Of a DNA stretch of 64,000 nt, positions 60,101-64,000 are shown in pieces. Positions within the stretch are counted from its first letter, which is position 1, and the number at the start of each line of letters is the position of its first letter. The position numbers and the translations under genes are program-made. The stretch is from Gouania willdenowi (taxonomy: Eukaryota), in the NCBI RefSeq assembly GCF_900634775.1, contig NC_041064.1, positions 1,508,717 to 1,572,716 of the forward strand. Reading direction: 5' to 3'. The notes beneath the pieces are model-generated. The model was not told where the DNA came from and searched no databases. It saw nothing but the letters and a program-made list of their open reading frames with translations.

Positions 60101-60260
60101 ATTTCGGGTCACTTTTCTCTGGAATTGGAATTTGTGGGTGGTCTTTTCAAACAACCTTACAGAATAAGCAAAAACAACCCAGAGGTCAAATCATCTAAAT
60201 ATTCATTCAAAAAGGAAGTTACCAGATCAAAGGAGGGCGGAGCAATGAGAGAAAAGGTTT

Positions 60261-60266
60261 TATAAA
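60261..60266 (+). promoter_or_regulatory. TATAAA box upstream of TAAR paralog 6
   Basis: Conserved promoter. Confidence 0.5.
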
Positions 60267-60304
60267 TCAGTGCAACATTAGAGTGAGAGGCAGAGGGGTC
60301 AAAG

Positions 60305-61387
60305 ATGGCAACCGTTGATGACGTTGAGTTCTGCTTTTCAAATCTTAACTCATCGTGCAGGAGGATCGTGCGTCCTCACTCAGTCTCTGTGCTGATTTAT
60401 ATCACCCTCTCCTCCATCTCTGTGATGACTGTGAACCTCAACCTGCTGGTCATCATCTCCATCTCACACTTCAGGTATTTAAATATTCTTTCACAGTGTT
60501 TAGGAGGTTCTGTTTTCATAAAATCTGATCTGACTTTTCTTTATCTCTCACTTTTCAGGAAGCTCCACACTCCCACCAACCTCCTCCTCCTCTCTCTGGC
60601 TATCTCAGATTTCTTCGTGGGCATCCTTATGATCTTCCAATTATCACTTATTGATGGTTGTTGGTTGTTTGGGGCGCTGTTGTGTATTGTGTATTATTAT
60701 TTGGATTTTATCTTCACCTCAGCTTCAATAGGAACAATGGTTCTGCTCTCAGTGGATCGCTACGTGGCAGTGTGTGAACCTCTGCAGTATCCCACTAAAG
60801 TCACAGCAAACAGAGTGAAAGTATGTGTTTCTCTGTGCTGGATAATTTCTGTTTTCTATCAATCTTTTCTTCTTAAAGATAACCTGGAACAACCAGGCCA
60901 GTACAGCACGTGCCTTGGGGAGTGTGTAGTAGTTGTCAGTTATGTTGGTAGTATTGTAGATGTTATCCTGTCATTTATTGGACCTGTTATTGTCATCGTA
61001 CTGATGTCTCTGAGGGTGTTTGTGGTGGCTTTGTCTCATGCTCATTCTATGCGTTCTCATGTTGCATCTGTGAGACCTGCACACGAGTCCCAATTCACCA
61101 CAAAGAAATCTGAGCTTAAAGCTTTCAGCACAATCAGCGTTGTCATTGTGGTTTTCCTCCTGTGCATCTGTCCATATTTTTGTGTTTCTATGACTGGAGC
61201 AGACTCTGTTTTAAATGCTTCCACTTTCGTGATGTTTCTGTTTTACCTGAACTCACTTTTCAACCCTCTGATCTATGCACTGTTTTACCCCTGGTTCAGA
61301 AAGTCCATCAAGCTCATTGTTACCTTTCAGATAATGAAGGATGGCTCCAGTGATATTAACCTGCTGCACAGAGAGCGGAAACGCTGA
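60305..61387 (+). CDS. TAAR-family olfactory GPCR, paralog 6. Exons 60305..60474 and 60559..61387. It has a 2-codon in-frame deletion in TM7.
   Basis: 360-aa ORF. …NASTFVMFLFYLNSLFNPLIY… against …NASTLAFVMCLFYLNSFFNPLIY… in the others. MKDGSSD against MKPGSSD. TM6 CICPYF. D3.32 and D5.42 retained. Confidence 0.85.
   Translation: MATVDDVEFCFSNLNSSCRRIVRPHSVSVLIYITLSSISVMTVNLNLLVIISISHFRYLNILSQCLGGSVFIKSDLTFLYLSLFRKLHTPTNLLLLSLAISDFFVGILMIFQLSLIDGCWLFGALLCIVYYYLDFIFTSASIGTMVLLSVDRYVAVCEPLQYPTKVTANRVKVCVSLCWIISVFYQSFLLKDNLEQPGQYSTCLGECVVVVSYVGSIVDVILSFIGPVIVIVLMSLRVFVVALSHAHSMRSHVASVRPAHESQFTTKKSELKAFSTISVVIVVFLLCICPYFCVSMTGADSVLNASTFVMFLFYLNSLFNPLIYALFYPWFRKSIKLIVTFQIMKDGSSDINLLHRERKR
60475..60558 (+). 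other. 84-bp in-frame intron of TAAR paralog 6
   Basis: Coordinates verified. Confidence 0.8.
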
Positions 61388-64000
61388 CAAAGCAGCCTTT
61401 GTTCACCATCATCATCTTTAATTTGACATTAAAAAATGAATGTGTCATCAAATCAAATGTTGCTACAGGAGAAACACACTGACTCCTTAAGTTTGTCAAG
61501 GGCATAATGTACCATATTTATTTTCTAATTTAGGCTGTATACAGTCAGGCCCCTAATGCTTTAAACAATGACACAATTTCCAGCATTTTGTATGCCAAAA
61601 TAAATTATTATTATTATTATTTTTTTGTTAATGCAGTAAAGTTTAAACCAATGATTGTTTAATTCTAAACCAGGTTAATGTTGCTCATTTCTATGTGTCC
61701 TTCACTGATTATCAGTGTTTGTTCCTGGTTTTTGAGAGCTGCTGTCCAGCTTGTTTTCAGTGTTTCTCAGCTTTAACACACTTTAACAGAACTTTAGACG
61801 TTCAGCTGAACTGTTTAGGTGAATGCACTTTAGATGTATTTATGTTGGAGCAGAGGGTCATCAAGAACATGCAGAACAGTCACCCTCAGGAACCAGGAAT
61901 GAGTCAACCTGGTTCTAAAAGTCCAAAGTAAATCAGAAATGCTGCCTGGCTCTTTTTTAAAGGTGTGTTTGATTCCTGGTGGTGATGTACGGAGCCTATA
62001 TGTTAAATATAACATCACTGTCTCTTTATTAGACCTGATTGTGCTTAATGAGTTGATTGTCTTCATGTCCCTATAATAACTGACATCTCTGTGTTTTTGA
62101 CAATATTTGGAGATTATTATTGTATTTCAGTCTTTATGTAAATGTTCCATCAGCCTGCGCACTGTAACGCTGTTTGTAGCTCTGAGCTTTTTTCACATTG
62201 GTTTCTAAATAAACGTTGCTTCATGAAACCTTGTCCAGTCGAGACATACATACTCCACTAAATATGACCATAATGAACAAAATAAAACAATGAATATATG
62301 GAGTACGCATTTCATTTTCTTTTTATGCCAAATGCAAATTAAAATGTAGCAAAAAAACATTAACCAGTAAAAGTGAAATTACAGATTTTAAAAAAGGAAA
62401 TCATTTGAAAACTACAAGGACACAAAACATTTACAAAATTACAATATTGTGAGTAAATGTAATCCGGAACTCTTACTACTATATAGCACTTTTATGTGCT
62501 ATACAGTAGATAACATATTAGTATACATTATAGTAATTCAGGATACACACATGTATCTTGATTGTTATTGATTGTTATAGATTAAATAATATGTATTATT
62601 ATCATTATTATTATAGATTAAATAAGAAACTATAATAACTTTACAAGGAAGTAAATATTTAAAAATAAAAAAAAAACTAAATAAGCAGTCTATGTCAAGC
62701 TATGCTGTATAATAAATACGAATATGTTCATATAATATCTACGACTGTAAACATTACAGGTTTTGATGCAGTTTTCGTTTAAAAAAAAAAAAAAAAAAAA
62801 TCATAACACCATAATCATGTAAAATAAAACTATTAGACATGTTGCAAGTCTTGCACATTGTTAGAAATGACAAAATATACTTTTACTGTGACGGATTTGT
62901 TCGTGGGGCGGTTTGTTTACGTGGGCAGAAGCTGATGTTGGCGGTAGTCCCAGGCAAGATGGCGGACGAAGCGGCTTCTTCTACGTGGGTCACGTTCATT
63001 CTTCTGGACGCTTCTATAGAGACACGTACGTGTCTGACTTCTGTGTCATTTCGGTCATTATCAGCTGAAATTGTGCGTACAGGACTCACCAAATTGTGAC
63101 AGTTTATGTGACCTGCTCGACAGTTTGGGTGTGTTGGCCACAGCTAGCTAGCTAGCACAAAGCTAACATCATCCTGAGAGGAGGACAGGACTAAGCTCAT
63201 CATCCTTCTCCTGTTTCAGGCTAAACATGACATTTAAAACTGAGCAAGGGTAGCAAAAGTACTAGTATTCAGAACTCAAGTAAAAGTATAGATACTTGAA
63301 TAAAATAATGATTCTAGTAGAAGTCGGAAGTTTTGACGTTGCTCCCTTACTTGAGTAAAAGTAAAAAGGTACATGCTACTAAACTTTCTTAAGTAACAAA
63401 TTAAAACAAGTGCCCCTTCAATAATAAAACAGGGGTTTTAAACCAGTAAATTTCATATCTTTTTCTCTTTTTTTTCATTTAAGAACTTGTGGAAGAAGGA
63501 AACAATTTATTGAAGAGCTGAGGTTTATTCTATAAAGCAGGTTGTTAGAGCCATATCATTATTATGTCATAGTATTTTTATGTTTAAATATTAATATGTT
63601 TGGAACAGACGAGTCAGAAAACTTCATGTCCTGCAAGGAAGTGGTAAAACTTCGTTTTTGTGTGTTGCCACTACATTAAGTCAGAAACACTGCTCCGGGG
63701 ATGGAAACATTGCTAAGAAAACTGGACATTGTTTCTTTGGAGTACATCGATGCACGCTGCCGCTGCACCTGGATAATTGGACGTGCACATTCCTGTGTTT
63801 GAGGATAATCAACATTTATTCCGGACTTTTCGAACAAGAAGTTGGTCAAGGAGCGTAAGCATCACTCATATTATTCAAAGGAAAAAGGACAATAATAGGT
63901 GTGCTCTGCTTGCTGGGAAACTGTGATCAGCTGCTGTGTGGAAACTTCAGTCATGTGAGTCAAGTTTATAAAGTTATTTTATCTGCATTAAAGTAAGAAG

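Noticed and set aside
62839-63099. 86-aa ORF MLQVLHIVRNDKIYFYCDGFVRGAV… in the AT-rich tail of the window
   Set aside because: No recognisable domain, and an antisense ORF of similar length overlaps it. Nearby sequence carries generic fish repeat motifs (tacttgagtaaaagta…). Likely non-coding.
1-64000. Prokaryote-style features (operons, CRISPR arrays, defence islands, RBS, rho-independent terminators)
   Set aside because: The sequence has spliceosomal introns, LINE / gypsy / Tc1 / DIRS elements, microsatellites and vertebrate GPCR genes. Nothing resembles a CRISPR repeat-spacer array. The regular repeats present are micro- and minisatellites with no unique spacers.

Overview
This window is vertebrate (teleost-fish-like) nuclear DNA, not a prokaryotic locus. 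Its dominant feature is a tandem cluster of six near-identical paralogous genes for a class-A GPCR of the trace amine-associated receptor (TAAR) olfactory family. Five are on the + strand (starts at 11844, 25699, 38392, 48782 and 60305) and one is inverted (6971..8059, - strand).

Each gene is a 1089-bp ORF (the last copy is 1083 bp) that contains one 84-bp in-frame GT..AG intron. The intron sits in intracellular loop 1 (ICL1), so the naive 362-aa ORF translation includes a spurious 28-aa insert. The spliced product is about 334 aa. All copies share a conserved proximal promoter of about 250 bp with a TATAAA 44 bp upstream of the ATG.

The proteins carry the TAAR fingerprint NSxxNPxxYxxxYxWF and the DRY motif. 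They have both Asp3.32 and Asp5.42, the arrangement described for diamine-sensing TAAR13c-type receptors. They lack the CWxP tryptophan (W6.48 is replaced by Ile/Thr).

Differences between paralogs are concentrated in coding positions in TM3, the extracellular loop 2 (ECL2)/TM4 border, TM6 and TM7. Hundreds of bp of flanking DNA are almost identical between the units containing genes 2 and 3, which suggests diversifying selection on the ligand pocket.

The genes sit in duplicons of about 10-14 kb that are heavily loaded with decayed mobile elements:
- L1/Tx1-like LINEs (non-LTR retrotransposons), one of them internally deleted.
- An L2/CR1-like LINE 3' fragment nested inside a DIRS/Crypton-type tyrosine-recombinase element. 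Two copies of that element have long inverted termini.
- Ty3/gypsy pol fragments whose integrase lies upstream of RT (Gmr1-like order).
- A Tc1-like DNA transposon plus a solo inverted-repeat (IR) fragment.
- A 1.15-kb TIR-bounded non-autonomous element carrying an expanding 15-bp minisatellite, present only in the units of genes 2 and 3.
- A G+T-skewed GC-rich repeat with telomere-like hexamers, in three copies.
- Several (CA)n, poly-T and (AAT)n tracts.

No rRNA, tRNA genes or CRISPR arrays are supported. All homology calls are made by eye and from memory of family motifs, without database searches.
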